Shown in pieces: positions 25,154 to 45,035 of a stretch of 64,000 nucleotides of DNA (positions are counted from its first letter, which is position 1; each line of letters begins with the position of its first letter). Source of the stretch: the human T2T-CHM13v2.0 reference genome, Homo sapiens; assembly GCF_009914755.1 (NCBI RefSeq), contig NC_060932.1. The stretch is one strand, 5' to 3'. Both the position numbers and the translations under genes were made by a program. A model generated the notes under the pieces. The model made no database searches. It was not told the DNA's origin and saw only the letters and a program-made list of their open reading frames with translations.

Positions 25154-25344
25154 CAGGAGGTCATATATGGAGAAATTCAAAATTATTTCTAAAAGGTTTA
25201 GGACATAATTTTGAAAAGAAAAGCCAGAAATCCTTCTTAGGAGAAGCTAGAAGATATCCATCCACCAAGGATTGTGCCCCGGAGGCTGATTAGAGCTCAG
25301 AGAGGCAGGTGGGGAGCATGGTGGGTGTTCAAGTCAGCTCTGCA

Positions 25345-25565
25345 GCAGAGGTCACAGTGCTCAGATGCCCGCCCTACACCTGCCATCTGTGTGTCATTGG
25401 ACTAAGCAATTAATCACTCTGTGCTCTAGTTTCTCATCTATAAGATGAGGACCACATTAATAGTGCCCACCTTATACTACCCTTGCGAGACTTTAATGTG
25501 TTAAAATAGTTAAAATACTTTCCAAAGCCTGACATGGAGCGACCTCGATAAATGTCGGCACTTAT
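25345..25565 (+). mobile_element. MIR SINE
   Basis: CTCTGTGCTCTAGTTTCTCATCTATAAGATGAGG MIR core. Confidence 0.6.
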
Positions 25566-25710
25566 TATTGGATTGGTAGCAGTATATGACCTTACTTTTG
25601 AATGAGGTTGCATATGCTGTGGTTCTGCTGGTCCTCACTGAGCATCCCACATTTTTCTGTCCTGCACAGATCTGGGATCTCATTTCTTTAAAAACATATT
25701 AGGGCCCATA

Positions 25711-26340
25711 GAAAGAGAAATGCTTATGCACTGTTGTAGGAATATAAATGAATACAACTCCTTTGGAAAACAATATGGAGATTTTGTAACAAAACTGCAG
25801 ATAGAACTAGCATTTCATCCAGCAACCTCACTACTGGTATGTAGCCAAAGGAAAATAAAACATTTGTATCAAAAAGATATCTGCCTGTGTATATTTATCA
25901 TAGCACTATTCACAATAGCAAATATATGGAATTAACTGAAACATCCATCAGTGGGTGATTGGATAAAGAAAATATGGTACCTATACACACTGGAACACTA
26001 TTCAGCCATAAGGAAGAGTGAAATTATGTACTTTGCAGCAACATGAATGGAACTGGAGGCAATTATCTCAAGTGAAACAACTCAGAAACAGAAAGACAAA
26101 TATTACATGATCTCACTTATAAGTGGGTGCTGATTAATGTATACACATGGACATAGAGTGTGGAATGATAGATACTGGAGACTCTAGAGGGTGGGAGATG
26201 GGTGAGGGGTGAGAAATGACTTAATAAGTACAATGTACATTACTTCGGTGATGGTTACATTAAAACCCAGACTTCACCATTGTGCGTCATATCTATGTAA
26301 CAAAACTGCCCGTGTACCCTTAAATTTATACAAACAAAAA
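25711..26340 (+). mobile_element. L1PB(4-like) 3' end
   Basis: GGATAAAGAAAATATGG...TCTCACTTATAAGTGGG...GTACCCTTAAATTTATACAAAC. Confidence 0.85.
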
Positions 26341-26379
26341 TACTTTAGGACCTTCATTACTTATTGGTTTAAAGGTTAT

Positions 26380-26698
26380 CTTTCTCTCTTTCTTTCTTTC
26401 TTTTTTTTTTTTTTTTGAGAAAAAATCTTACTTTGTTGCCCAGGCTGGAGTGCAGTGGCACTATCTTGGCTCACTACAACATTTGCCTCCCAGGTTCAAG
26501 TGATTCTCGTGCCTTGGCCTCCTGAGTATCTGGGATTACAGGCATGCACCACCACGCCCAGCTGATTTTTGTGTTTTTAGTAGAGACAGGGTTTTACCAT
26601 GTTGGCCAGGCTGGTCTTGAACTCCTGACCTCAAGCAATCCACCTGCTTCGGCCTCCCGACGTGCTGGGATTACAGGCGTGAGCCACTGCGCCCAGCC
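26380..26698 (-). mobile_element. Alu (old S / Jb-like)
   Basis: Full antisense dimer with T/TTTC tail. Confidence 0.9.
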
Positions 26699-27374
26699 TG
26701 CTTAAAAGTTTACAATGGAATAAGTAAACCAAGTTCTCTTTAAAAGCAAGATTTCATTAAGGAAAATGCAGCTATAGCACTTGATCATAATGTTAAAATT
26801 ATTTATTGACTTCTCTGTCTCCCCCAGTAGAAGCAGGTCTCTATGAGCATAAGGACCATATTTTACATGGCTTCTTCTCTTGCTATCTGACCTCCTGTGT
26901 GCTTCATAATAAGAACAGAATAAGCATTTGTTGGAGAGAAATTGAGATTATTTGACAACAGAAACAAAACTATATGAAACAGCTCTTTGGCTATCATTTA
27001 GTAGCTTTTACATTACATGTTTCATGCAATTTCTCACAGTACAGTCAGGTAGATTTTGCCCTCTAATAGCCAACATCCAGTAGTTGGGAGATATAGAATA
27101 AACAAAATTAGTAGTCTATATAGGAAACTTCCAGCACCCAGCCTGGAGTGAAGTATGATTAGATTTAAGTGTGAGGAAAGGCAGAAAATGCCAGCAGTAC
27201 ACTTGCTAGATAGGGGGTGGTTATTTTTAAAGATGACATTAATTTTGTAACCCAAGGTTTTATTTCTTCCTTTAGAGGTAGTATATTGAGTGATTAAAAC
27301 ACACGGACTCTGGGAATAGATTTCTGGACTCTTCTGGCACTGGTACTTACTAGCTACACAACCTTGGATGAGTT

Positions 27375-27817
27375 ATCTAGTTATCCAAGTTCCTTAGAAC
27401 ACAGAGCATAAGGCAGAGATTATGTGCTCACCTCACTAGCGAGTGCAATCCCAGTGAAAATGAGTAAAGGAAAGGGGAAGTGAGGCAGAAAAAGGGGAGA
27501 ACAATTGTAAGAAAGTACAGAACTGGGCTAATCACAGCTGCACGACAAGCTGATTTCTCAATATCTTCAAAGACGTGAAACTACTTCCTAAGTTTAGGAA
27601 ATAGGAGTTCAACTGCCGATTCATATTTTTCATTGATCAAAGTTTACCATTACTGTGAGTTAATTTCCCTAAACTTCTAGTGTTTCCATGCATGGGAAAT
27701 GAGTGAGTGCCATTGCGGACCACAGGGAGCCCCAGGCAGGGGCTGAGAGACAGGTGGCTCATGTGGAAGGTGGATACCGTAAGCCTGGTAGGCTGGTTTT
27801 TGTTTTTTTTGCTTTTG

Positions 27818-27849
<32 letters not shown>

Positions 27850-28300
27850 CAAGGTCTCACTCTGTCGCCCAGGCTCAAGTGCAGTGGTGCAATCACAGCT
27901 CACTGCAGCCTCCCCAGCCTCTGGTGATCCTCCCACCTCAGCTTCCCGAGTAGCTGGGACTGCAAGCGTGCATCATCATGCCCGGCTAACTTTTATTATT
28001 TTTGTAGAGGTGGGGCTTCGCCATGCTTCTCAGGCTAGTCTTGAACTCCTGGGTCCAGACGATCCTCTAGCCTCAGCCTCTCAAAGTGCTGGGATTACAG
28101 GCATGAGCCACTGTGCCTCGCTGACACTGTCAGGTTGTGTTTATAAGCAACAGCAGGGCTGAGCCATTGACCTATAGGAGCAGAAACAACAGCATCAGGA
28201 GCCCTGATCCATGATGCTGAGGATGATGAAGGACATCGCTAGACTGGCTCTGGCCAGACGGGCCCTGGATCTACAGTGATGCATACTGAATCCAGTGTAT
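27375..28300 (-). mobile_element. Old ERVL-type LTR (family unresolved) inserted in a MIR and split by an Alu
   Basis: MIR (27280-27375) resumes at ~28300 (CCTCTCTGTGCCTTTGTTTCCTCA); intervening sequence resembles LTR16/LTR40-class elements and a similar block at ~58580. Confidence 0.35.
27797..28122 (-). mobile_element. AluJ-type
   Basis: CACAGCTCACTGCAGCCTC and GATCCTCCCACCTCAGC J diagnostics, long T tail. Confidence 0.9.
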
Positions 28301-29059
28301 CATCTGACCTCTCTGTGCCTTTGTTTCCTCAACTTCAGTATGGAAAAAATAATCACTCATCTACCTCCCAGGCTATTGTGAGGACTGAACAAGTTAATAT
28401 ATGCAAGGTGCTTAGGAAAATTCTTCACACTCAGGAAACATTGCAGAAATGTTAGCTCTCGGTAGTGTTAGAAAAGTCATGACAGTTATTGTATGTATTC
28501 AATTCCAACGTTCCTTGCAGCCCATTTTTATCTTTTTTGTTTCCTCTTAGGAATATATTGAAAGGTGGAGTCGTGAGGGCTACTTTGGTGCTAAATGATG
28601 TCTCAAGCATGAACGTCCCCTCATGCTCTGTGCTTTGTCAGTTGATGTGATGTTCATGGAGGAGACAGAGACAAAGCAAGTCCTTCCAAATAGCCTCTGA
28701 ACTCATCTTCACCTTGGCTCCAAGGCATGCTTAGGGAGAAGTCACCAAATCCCCCAAGTTCATATCATGGTAGCTACATCCATTGGCTTGACTGGATATC
28801 CTTCCCTGGAATCACTGTTGTTCAGAAAAGTATCTACTGGAAATTCAAAGACAGAGCTTCAGCTGTAGCAAGGGCTTAACACAGAGCTTGCATACTTGGT
28901 GGCTTCCTAGAAAAATCCAGCTTGAGGAGGTGTTCTGTTTGGATGTCAGAATGTTAGCAACAATATTTTAATTGAACTTTCAGTAGTGTAGTAATGATTC
29001 CCCTAACAACGCTGTAGAATAGGCCACCAAGGAGCTGCTGTTTCTGCTGCAATCAGTAG

Positions 29060-29315
29060 AAGCCAAGATTTAAATGTGTTGAAACCAACATTTAAAATTA
29101 TCCTATCTTTCATAAAAATCCTTTTTTAAAAAAATCAGAAGATTGGATAAACCTGAGCCTGAATTTCTACATGGCAATAATTAGCTGGCACCAAACAGTG
29201 ACTTTCCACTTCAAACGGGACAGGTTTGCAGTTTTCATCACTCTATATTGTCTTACCCAGCCTATTTCTCTCATTTATATTACTTCTTATTGCAGACATT
29301 TCAATTTTGAACCCT
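29060..29315 (+). mobile_element. MER102-like hAT-Charlie remnant
   Basis: AAAATCAGAAGATTGG...ACATGGCAATAATTAGCTGG...CTCATTTATATTAC...GAACCCTG. Confidence 0.6.
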
Positions 29316-29388
29316 GAGCCTAAAGCTTTCTAGGCTGAGATGGCCATTTATCATAGAAACATAAGCTCTCAGACTTTAAAGTTACTTT

Positions 29389-29725
29389 CTTTTTATTTTC
29401 TTTCTTTCTTTCTCTCTTTTTTTTTCTTTGAGACAAGGTCTGTCTCTGTTGCCCAAGCTGGAATGCAGTGGGTGCAATCATAGCTCACCGCAGCCCTATA
29501 CTCCTGAGTTAAAGTGATTCTCCTACTTCAGCCTCCTGAGCAGCTAAGGCTACAGACACACACCACCATACCCAGCAAATTTTTGTAGTATTATTATTAT
29601 TATTTTGTAGAGACAGTGTCTTGCTGTGTTACCCAGGCTGGTCTCAAACTCCTGGGCTCAAGCCATCATCCTGCCTTGGCCTCCCAAAGTGCTGGGATTA
29701 CAGGCATGAGCCACCGCACCTGGCC
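29389..29725 (-). mobile_element. AluJ-type
   Basis: Full dimer; TSD TTAAAGTTACTTT (29376-29388) / TTAAAGATACTTT (29726-29738). Confidence 0.9.
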
Positions 29726-29959
29726 TTAAAGATACTTTAAAGATGATCAGGTTCCAATTACTGTGGCTTCACCTCCACTCCCTAAACTGGTCATTGATTA
29801 TTTGTTTGGTCTGACTTTTCAAACTGGAATTGGTTTTTGTTTTTATTAATATTGACATACATTAAAAAAAAAACAGGCATAGAGAAAGAAGAAGAAAAAT
29901 GACAAATTATGACAAATTATATATCAGAGAGCACTAGAAATGTTGGTGCATATGTGTGG

Positions 29960-30520
29960 TGGGTGTGGCAGATTGACTCCCTAAACTCCATTCAAATTCC
30001 CATAGCATCTTATACTTCACTTTAGAAGCTGGACATGTAAAGGGTGCATTTCTCAGGCTCCCTCAAACCTCAACTTTCCCATATGATCCATCAGCCCCCA
30101 AGCCAAAGCACAGTGTGAAGTCTGGACGGTGGAAATGAGATGGAGTTTGTGTTTGCATCTGCAGTTCCCCCTGACAAGCAGCATAGATGTTTAATCGGTA
30201 AGGCTGCAGTACAGGGCCCATGTTGTGTTCAGCCCATGACATGCACAAAGCACCTGTGTTGCTGGTGCAACCTTAGTTGAAGAAGTGCAGCTTGAGCTAG
30301 CGGTGGCTGCACAGCTTGGGGCTGTGACTGATGATTGTGGCAGCTCCTTCATGGCCTGACCTACAGTGTTGTTCAGGGAGTCACTACTGGAAGCTCAGCC
30401 TAATGTCTGATCCTTAAGCTTTTCAATGATTTTGCAAACACTTAATTTCCTGTGTCAAATCCCTCTGTGCCGAAAATAGTTGAATGGATTCTGTTATGTT
30501 CAACTGAACCCTGACTAAGA
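29960..30520 (+). mobile_element. Old ERVL-type LTR (LTR67B-like)
   Basis: 3' end AAATCCCTCTGTGC...GGATTCTGTT...CAACTGAACCCTGACTAA typical of old ERVL LTR termini. Confidence 0.45.
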
Positions 30521-30599
30521 GTACATTCTCCCAACTTTCACTGTGCATGTTTTTATAAAAGTAGACTGCTTTTTCATGTAACAAATAATGTAAGCCTCA

Positions 30600-31900
30600 C
30601 TTTTTAATTAAACTTCCACAAGTGGAGATAATTTTTATTCCACATTCAGTTGTAACAAAGAATACAGAGAGATTGCATGTATCTTTTACCCACCTTTACC
30701 CATGGTAACATCTTAGAAAACTAAAGTACAATATCAGAATCAGGATATTGAGGTCATTACAATCTACTGATTTTATTCTGATGTTCCGTGTTTTATTTAC
30801 ATGTGTGTGTGTGTATGTGTGTGTATAGTCCTATGCAATTTTAGCACATATGTAGATTCACGTACCCACCACCACACTCAAGAAACAGTTCCAGCCCCAC
30901 AAAGATCCCTCAGGCTGCCCTTCTATAACCTTGCCTACCTCCCTCTCAATCCCCTCCCCCATCACTAACCTGCACAACCCCTAATCTATTCTCCAGTTCT
31001 GTATCATTGTCATTTCAAGAATGTTGCATAAATATGATTATACAGTATGGAACTGCTGTGGTTTGAATATTTGTGTCCCCCTCCCCAAATTTATATGTTG
31101 AAATCAAATTCCCAATGCAACAGTATTAAGAGATGGGGTCTTCAGGAGGTGATGGGGTCATGAAGGCAGAGCCCTCATGAATGGAGTTAGTTTCCTTATA
31201 AAAGAGGCCTGAGGGAGCTTATTTGCCTCTTCCACCACCTGAGGATACAGCAAGAAGGTGCCATCTATGAAGCAGAAAACAAGGACCCGCCAGACATGAA
31301 ATCGACATGAAATCAGCTGGTGCCTTGATATTGGACTTCCCAGTCTCTAAAACTATAAGAAATAAATCTCTGTTATTTATAAATCACCTAGTCTAAGGTA
31401 TTTTGTTATGGCAGTTTGAATGGACTAACACAATAATCTTTTAAGAGAGACTTTTAAAAACTCAGCATAATTTCCCAGTAACTCATCCAAGTTGTATGTA
31501 TCAATAATTCATCCCTATTGATTGCTGAGTGGTATTTCATGTTCTGATGTCTACAGTTTGTTTAACCATTCACCCATTGAAGACATGTGGGTTGTTTCCA
31601 GTATTGGACTATGATGAGTAAAGCTGCTATGAATATTTATGCACAGGTTTTTGTGTGAACATAGGCTTTTGTTTCTCTGGGACTAATGCCTCAAAGCATA
31701 ATACTAATTTGTATGGTAATTGCATATTTACTTTTATACGAAACTACCAAACTGTTTTCCAGAGCGGCTGTACTGTTCTGCTTTCCCATCAGCAATGTAC
31801 AAATTATCTAGTTTCTCTGCATCTTTTCCAGCATTTGGTATTACCACTTTTTCTTAAATTGTAGCCATTCCGATAAGCATATGGTGGTATCCTATTGTGA
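30600..31900 (-). mobile_element. L1MC/MD-type LINE fragment (split by MLT1A)
   Basis: CAGGATATTGAGG, TTTAACCATTCACCCATTGAAGAC, AAACTACCAAACTGTTTTCCAGAG. Confidence 0.75.
31054..31432 (+). mobile_element. MLT1A-type MaLR solo LTR
   Basis: TGCTGTGGTTTGAATATTTGTGTCCCC...GCCCTCATGAATGG...TGGACTAACACA; internal 11-bp tandem duplication GACATGAAATC. Confidence 0.85.
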
Positions 31901-33269
31901 AGCAGGCATCATGTTTTATGTCAATTTATATAGCATCACATTATAATTGTATTGGCTTTTTCATATAATTATATCCAGCATTTATATCCCATAGCATGTC
32001 TTTCATTTCTGTAACATTTTGACATACTTTGTCACATACGATTTTGACTACCTTGAGGTTTGCTGTTATCATTATTCCTTTTCTCTGATGAGGAAATAGA
32101 GACTGAAAATAAATGAATCGTGAGAGGTTACTCAGAGGAATGTAAATAGGTTTATTGAGCAACTATTACATTCTAAGCTCATTTTATTATCTCCTTTAAT
32201 TATATTAACATTTCTGCAAGTTTATACTATTATTCCCACTCAGAAGGGATAAGAACACGGATGCTTATAGCCACTAATATGTGATCAAACTATAATTGTC
32301 ATGCATTTTTTTGTTGAAAAAAAACTAGACATAGAAACAGGAATAGAAGGGAAAAAAAGAAAAAAACACACATATTATCACATGATATAGTGAGACCCAC
32401 TAGAAAATTTGGCATATATCTATGAGCTACTGCAGAGTGACTCCCTAGCTTCCTCAGACTCTATACCCAAAGCTTTTTCTACAGTGCTGCTGTGCAGCTG
32501 GTAAGTGAGAAAAAGCTGGGATTGGAACTTGGTATCTGATGTCTAGTGTACATAGCTCTCTCATAACATAGTTCTCTCTCTAACTTGAGAAGATAAAAAA
32601 TGCATTAAAGTGAAATTAGGGGATATTCTGATTTTGTGCTTTTACTGATTAAAGCGTTTTCACCTTAATGCTCCATTTTCCCACCTCCTCTCTATCTCTA
32701 TTCCCGAGCTATGATCTTGGGGAAACTCTGCTCCCCAGTTCAGTGCCTCATGGTAGAATGAATGCACATCCTTGGAGCCTTTGTTTGCAAAGTTTGACTG
32801 CACAGTTCTGTACCTCAGTTGTGAGCTCTGGGAGGGATGAGGAGACTGAACTGAGAACCAGCGGATTTAGTTCAAGAATTAACCAATCCTGGGAGAGTCA
32901 TATCGCCACATCTATAAAATGCAGGGTTTGGACCAGAGCATCTCCAATGTCCCTTCCAAATCTTTAATTGGCTTTGGCTTTTCTTTTGATTGTATCACTT
33001 ACTCTACATTACAGCCTGCACAAAAATGTTGATGACTCCACAAGCTTCTTTCAATAAGAAATGATGAGTTGACTCCTGACACCTTGACCCCTTCAGAGAT
33101 GAGATGTCTGCAGAAAGAAAATGTAGCCTTGCACATATGAAACAATTTGATTATTTCCTAGGAAACACAGTTTCAAACAAAGGTACATACAAGCTAGTGC
33201 ATTCTCACTACAAAAACTAAAATAGAAAGGAAACTAAAATTGAAGGTCTATGTTTACATTTTAATTATC

Positions 33270-35508
<2,239 letters not shown>

Positions 35509-35709
35509 AAATTTTGATGATCAGAGTTGACTTTTCCTGAGGTGTCTAGGATATTACTGGCTTGGAAGAAGGATTTGCTGCTTGTTTACACCAGTCACTT
35601 ACTCAGCCATAATGCATAACCCAGGTAGGATAGCAGGAGCAGCAGCTGTGGATGGATTGGGATGAGTAACAGGATACTATTTGCCCACCACAATCCTTCC
35701 TGCTTTTCT

Positions 35710-36010
35710 TTTTCTTTTTTTTTTTTTTTTGAGACGGGGTCCCGCTGTCGCCCAGGTTGGAGTGCAGTGGCGCCATCTCGGCTCACTGCAGGCTCCACCC
35801 CCCGGGGTTCACGCCATACTCCTGCCTCAGCCTCTCGAGTAGCTGGGACTACAGGCGCCCGCCACCTCGCCCGGCTAATTTTTTGTATTTTTAGTAGAGA
35901 CGGGGTTTCACTTTGTTAGCCAGGATGGTCTCAATCTCCTGACCTCGTGATCCACCCGCCTCGGCCTCCCAAAGTGCTGGGATTACAGGCGTGAGCCACC
36001 GCGCGCGGCC
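35710..36010 (-). mobile_element. AluY
   Basis: CpG-rich; GGTTCACGCCAT and TTAGCCAGGATGGTCTC...CCTCGTGATCC Y diagnostics; perfect TSD CTGCTTTTCT (35700-35709/36011-36020). Confidence 0.92.
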
Positions 36011-36376
36011 CTGCTTTTCTCATGCTGTCAGACACTTCACCAGCAGGAAGGGAGCAGAGGAGTGGTTAGTCACCAGGCCCCCCTGCCTCATGCCACTGCA
36101 GTGATTAATAAATTACATTGAAAACTACAAGGTATTCTGTTGGCCAAAGACCTTCCAGAGCTGGTTCTGACACAACTGTGGTAGCATCTCTTTAATTAGG
36201 GGGCCAGTATCTTCTGAGCACATGGAAAAATAAAACCGAACCCTAGTTGGCTTCCACTTCTTATGCTGTTAAAGCCAGGAAGGACCTGGAGATTATTCAG
36301 TCGGATACATCCACCTTAGAGACAAGTCAGTGTTGGCTCAGGGACTGATAGCCAGTTAGCAGAAAAGCCAGGGCTA

Positions 36377-36907
<531 letters not shown>

Positions 36908-37111
36908 TTACAGTGATGCAAAGCTGTAGATCCCTGTTAGTGCCTCCATATCACTGGCCCAGCTGTGATTTCCCAAGTTCTAGAACAATATTTTAAAAGT
37001 CTGGATCAATATAATGATTCTACCACCTGTGACCTCTTTCTATCTGGTGTAGAAAGCCAAAGTAAGCAACAGAAAAAAATACACAGGAGTGGATTAAGAA
37101 AATGTGGCACA

Positions 37112-38018
37112 GGGGGGAGGAGCCAAGATGGCCGAATAGGAACAGCTCCAGTCTACAGCTCCCAGCGTGAGCGACGCAGAAGACGGGTGATTTCTGCATT
37201 TCCATCTGAGGTACCGGGTTCATCTCACTAGGGAGTGCCAGACAGTGGGTGCAGGCCAGTGTGTGCGCGCACCGTGCGCGAGCCGAAGCAGGGCGAGGCA
37301 TTGCCTCACCTGGGAAGCGCAAGGGGTCAGGGAGTTCCCTTTCCGAGTCAAAGAAAGGGGTGACGGATGCACCTGGAAAATCGGGTCACTCCCACCCGAA
37401 TATTGCGCTTTTCAGACCGGCTTAAAAAACGGAGCACCACGAGACTATATCCCACACCTGGCTGAGAGGGTCCTACGCCCACGGAATCTCGCTGATTGCT
37501 AGCACAGCAGTCTGAGATCAAACTGCAAGACGGCAACGAGGCTGGGGGAGGGGCGCCCGCCATTGCCCAGGCTTGCTTAGGTAAACAAAGCAGCCGGGAA
37601 GCTCGAACTGGGTGGAGCCCACCACAGCTCAAGGAGGCCTGCCTGCCTCTGTAGGCTCCACCTCTGGGGGCAGGGCACAGACAAACAAAAAGACAGCAGT
37701 AACCTCTGCAGACTTAAGTGTCCCTGTCTGACAGCTTTGAAGAGAGCAGTGGTTCTCCCAGCACGCAGCTGGAGATCTGAGAACGGGCAGACTGCCTCCT
37801 CAAGTGGGTCCCTGACCCCTGACCCCCGAGCAGCCTAACTGGGAGGCATCCCCCAGCAGGGGCACACTGACACCTCACACGGCAGGGTATTCCAACAGAC
37901 CTGCAGCTGAGGGTCCTGTCTGTTAGAAGGAAAACTAACAACCAGAAAGGACATCTACACCGAAAACCCATCTGTACATCACCATCATCAAAGACCAAAA
38001 GTAGATAAAACCACAAAG
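37112..38018. promoter_or_regulatory. L1 5' UTR internal sense promoter and antisense promoter; YY1 site CAAGATGGCCG ~37124-37134
   Basis: Complete L1HS-like 5' UTR with most CpGs retained; established L1 biology. Confidence 0.85.
37348..37563 (-). CDS. ORF0: L1 ORF0 (71 aa antisense ORF)
   Basis: MAGAPPPASLPSCSLISDCCASNQRDSVGVGPS...RCIRHPFL* starting at ATG 37563 within ORF-track 37348..37632. Confidence 0.85.
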   Translation of the reverse strand: MAGAPPPASLPSCSLISDCCASNQRDSVGVGPSQPGVGYSLVVLRFLSRSEKRNIRVGVTRFSRCIRHPFL

Positions 38019-39035
38019 ATGGGGAAAAAACAGAACAGAAAAACTGGAAACTCTAAAACGCAGAGCGCCTCTCCTCCTCCAAAGGAACGCAGTTCCTCAC
38101 CAGCAACGGAACAAAGCTGGATGGAGAATGATTTTGACGAGCTGAGAGAAGAAGGCTTCAGACGATCAAATTACTCTGAGCTATGGGAGGACATTCAAAC
38201 CAAAGGCAAAGAAGTTGAAAACTTTGAAAAAAATTTAGAAGAATGTATAACTAGAATAACCAATACAGAGAAGTGCTTAAAGGAGCTGATGGAGCTGAAA
38301 ACCAAGGCTCGAGAACTACGTGAAGAATGCAGAAGCCTCAGGAGCCGATGCGATCAACTGGAAGAAAGGGTATCAGCAATGGAAGATGAAATGAATGAAA
38401 TGCAGCGAGAAGGGAAGTTTAGAGAAAAAAGAATAAAAAGAAATGAGCAAAGCCTCCAAGAAATATGGGACTATGTGAAAAGACCAAATCTACGTCTGAT
38501 TGGTGTACCTGAAAGTGATGTGGAGAATGGAACCAAGTTGGAAAACACTCTGCAGGATATTATCCAGGAGAACTTCCCCAATCTAGCAAGGCAGGCCAAT
38601 GTTCGGATTCAGGAAATACAGAGAACGCCACAAAGATTCTCCTCGAGAAGAGCAACTCCAAGACACATAATTGTCAGATTCACCAAAGTTGAAATGAAGG
38701 AAAAAATATTAAGGGCAGCCAGAGAGAAAGGTCGGGTTACCCTCAAAGGAAAGCCCATCAGACTAACAGCGGATCTCTCGGCAGAAACCCTACAAGCCAG
38801 AAGAGAGTGGGGGCCAATATTCAACATTCTTAAAGAAAAGAATTTTCAACCCAGAATTTCATATCCAGCCAAACTAAGCTTCATAAGTGAAGGAGAAATA
38901 AAATACTTTATAGACAAGCAAATGCTGAGAGATTTTGTCACCACCAGGCCTGCCCTAAAAGAGCTCCTGAAGGAAGCGCTAAATATGGAAAGGAACAACC
39001 GGTACCAGCTGCTGCAAAATCATGCCAAAATGTAA
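38019..39035 (+). CDS. L1 ORF1: LINE-1 ORF1p (338 aa RNA-binding chaperone), intact
   Basis: MGKKQNRKTGNSKTQSASPPPKERSSSP...YPAKLSF...NHAKM; REKG, ARR and YPAKLS motifs present. Confidence 0.97.
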   Translation: MGKKQNRKTGNSKTQSASPPPKERSSSPATEQSWMENDFDELREEGFRRSNYSELWEDIQTKGKEVENFEKNLEECITRITNTEKCLKELMELKTKARELREECRSLRSRCDQLEERVSAMEDEMNEMQREGKFREKRIKRNEQSLQEIWDYVKRPNLRLIGVPESDVENGTKLENTLQDIIQENFPNLARQANVRIQEIQRTPQRFSSRRATPRHIIVRFTKVEMKEKILRAAREKGRVTLKGKPIRLTADLSAETLQARREWGPIFNILKEKNFQPRISYPAKLSFISEGEIKYFIDKQMLRDFVTTRPALKELLKEALNMERNNRYQLLQNHAKM

Positions 39036-39071
39036 AGACCATCGAGACTAGGAAGAAACTGCATCAACTAA

Positions 39072-43029
<3,958 letters not shown>

Positions 43030-43205
43030 TGACACGTTAGTGGGTGCAGCGCACCAGCATGGCACATGTATACATATGTAACTAACCTGCACAATGTGCA
43101 CATGTACCCTAAAACTTAAAGTATAATAATAATAATAAAAAAAGAAAAAAAAAAGATTAAAAATAAAAAAATAAAAATAAAAAAAAAAAAAGAAAATGTG
43201 GCACA

Positions 43206-43577
43206 TATACACCATGGAATACTATGCAGCCATAAAAAATGACGTGTTCATGTCCTTTGTAGGGACATGGATGAAATTGGAAATCATCATTCTCAGTAAA
43301 CTATTGCAAGAACAAAAAACCAAACACCGCATGTTCTGACTCATTGGTGGGAATTGAACAGTGAGAACACATGGACACAGGAAGGGGAACATCACACTCT
43401 GGGGACTGTTGTGGGGTGGGGGGAGGGGGGAGGGATAGCATTAGGAGATATATCTAATGCTAAATGACGAGTTAATGGGTGTCGCACACCAGCATGGCAC
43501 AGGTATACATATGTAACTAACCTGCACATTGTGCACATGTACCCTAAAACTTAAAGTATAATAATAATAAAATAGAA
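43206..43577 (+). mobile_element. 5'-truncated L1PA3-like host element (its first bases are 37090-37111)
   Basis: GCTAAATGACGAGTTAATGGG diagnostic; own TSD AAAAAAATACACAGGA (37073-37088/43578-43593). Confidence 0.9.
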
Positions 43578-43853
43578 AAAAAAATACACAGGAAAGTTAT
43601 CACGGGTTACATACAGGGAAGGCAATTCGGCTAGATGCAGTGCTGCAATGGGCTTGTAATCTTGTTAAGACTATTGTTTCCAACACATGGGACACAATAG
43701 AAAGCAATTTACAACAGGCTAGGTCTGGTTGGTATAATGATGCAGGGGAAACACTGGAAACTCGACAGGAGTGGGAAAGAAGACTGTGCCAATCACAGCT
43801 TTATTTCTAGTGCCCAGCACAGCTCCTGGAGTATGGTAAACCCTCATTAAATA

Positions 43854-44013
43854 CAGTACTCTACCTAATCTAAGATAGCACTGCTGTTAAGAAACATAAT
43901 TTTATATTTTTTACTCTTAAGAAGCACAAACAGTAACCACTAAACACATCATACTGGTTTTTGAGATGTTAAAATGTAAATAAAAAGTGCATCCTAGAAT
44001 CAATGAAAGAGGG
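43854..44013 (-). mobile_element. MER104-like TcMar DNA transposon
   Basis: GAGATGTTAAAATGT...GTGCATCCTAGAATCAATGAAA; decayed TIRs, TA flanks; inside an L2 tail. Confidence 0.6.
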
Positions 44014-44531
44014 TATTTGTAAATGGAGAACAAATGAATGACCTGGCTTAGAATCCTGGGGTTATTTATTACTCACTGCATGTGGGATACTGGGCAAATC
44101 ACTTCGTTTCATTGTCCTGAAAATAGAAAATAATAATAATAAGCCCTATTTCAAAGGGTTTCTTTCATCATGATTAAAATATATTAGTCAGGATAAAGTG
44201 TTTTGTAAACTCAAAGTTTTAATAGAAAATATTAATTAAGTTCCAAAATTAACTCATATGCAATCATTGCAACGGCTCGATTAGAAAGGGTTTTGTGTAA
44301 ACTGTAGCATCATGGAAGAAAGACTCATTGAAAATTACAAGATGCACATTGTGTCTTGACGGATGGAGACAGTTTAGACTAATAAGCCTTTCCATGGGCT
44401 TTAAATCATCTCTAGGCACAAGGTTGAAGTGAAAGCAGACTGACGGACGCTGTCATTAGACTCAGACCTAGATTCAGGGGCAGAAAGAAGGCAGCTTCCC
44501 AAGGTATCTATCAACAAAGAACAAAAATTCA

Positions 44532-44845
<314 letters not shown>

Positions 44846-45035
44846 TTAACTCATTTTCAGGTCCAACTTCTCATTTAACAGGTAAGCCATGAATTGCTTC
44901 TAAACCAAAGGACTTGGACTCAAGTCTGGAGCAGAAATTGTACACCACTCCTCTCTAATGCTGACTTGTGTCTGTTGAGTTTTTTATATTATTCAAGTTG
45001 GCAATCTCAATTGAGGTTCTGAACAAAACATTACT

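Noticed and set aside
37112-37700. CpG island suggesting a host gene promoter
   Set aside because: Entirely explained by the young L1 5' UTR.
44861-44881. 21-nt microexon candidate (TTTTCAG|...ACAG|GTAAGC)
   Set aside because: Lies in MIR-like sequence, has a short pyrimidine tract and no host gene is evident; likely chance.
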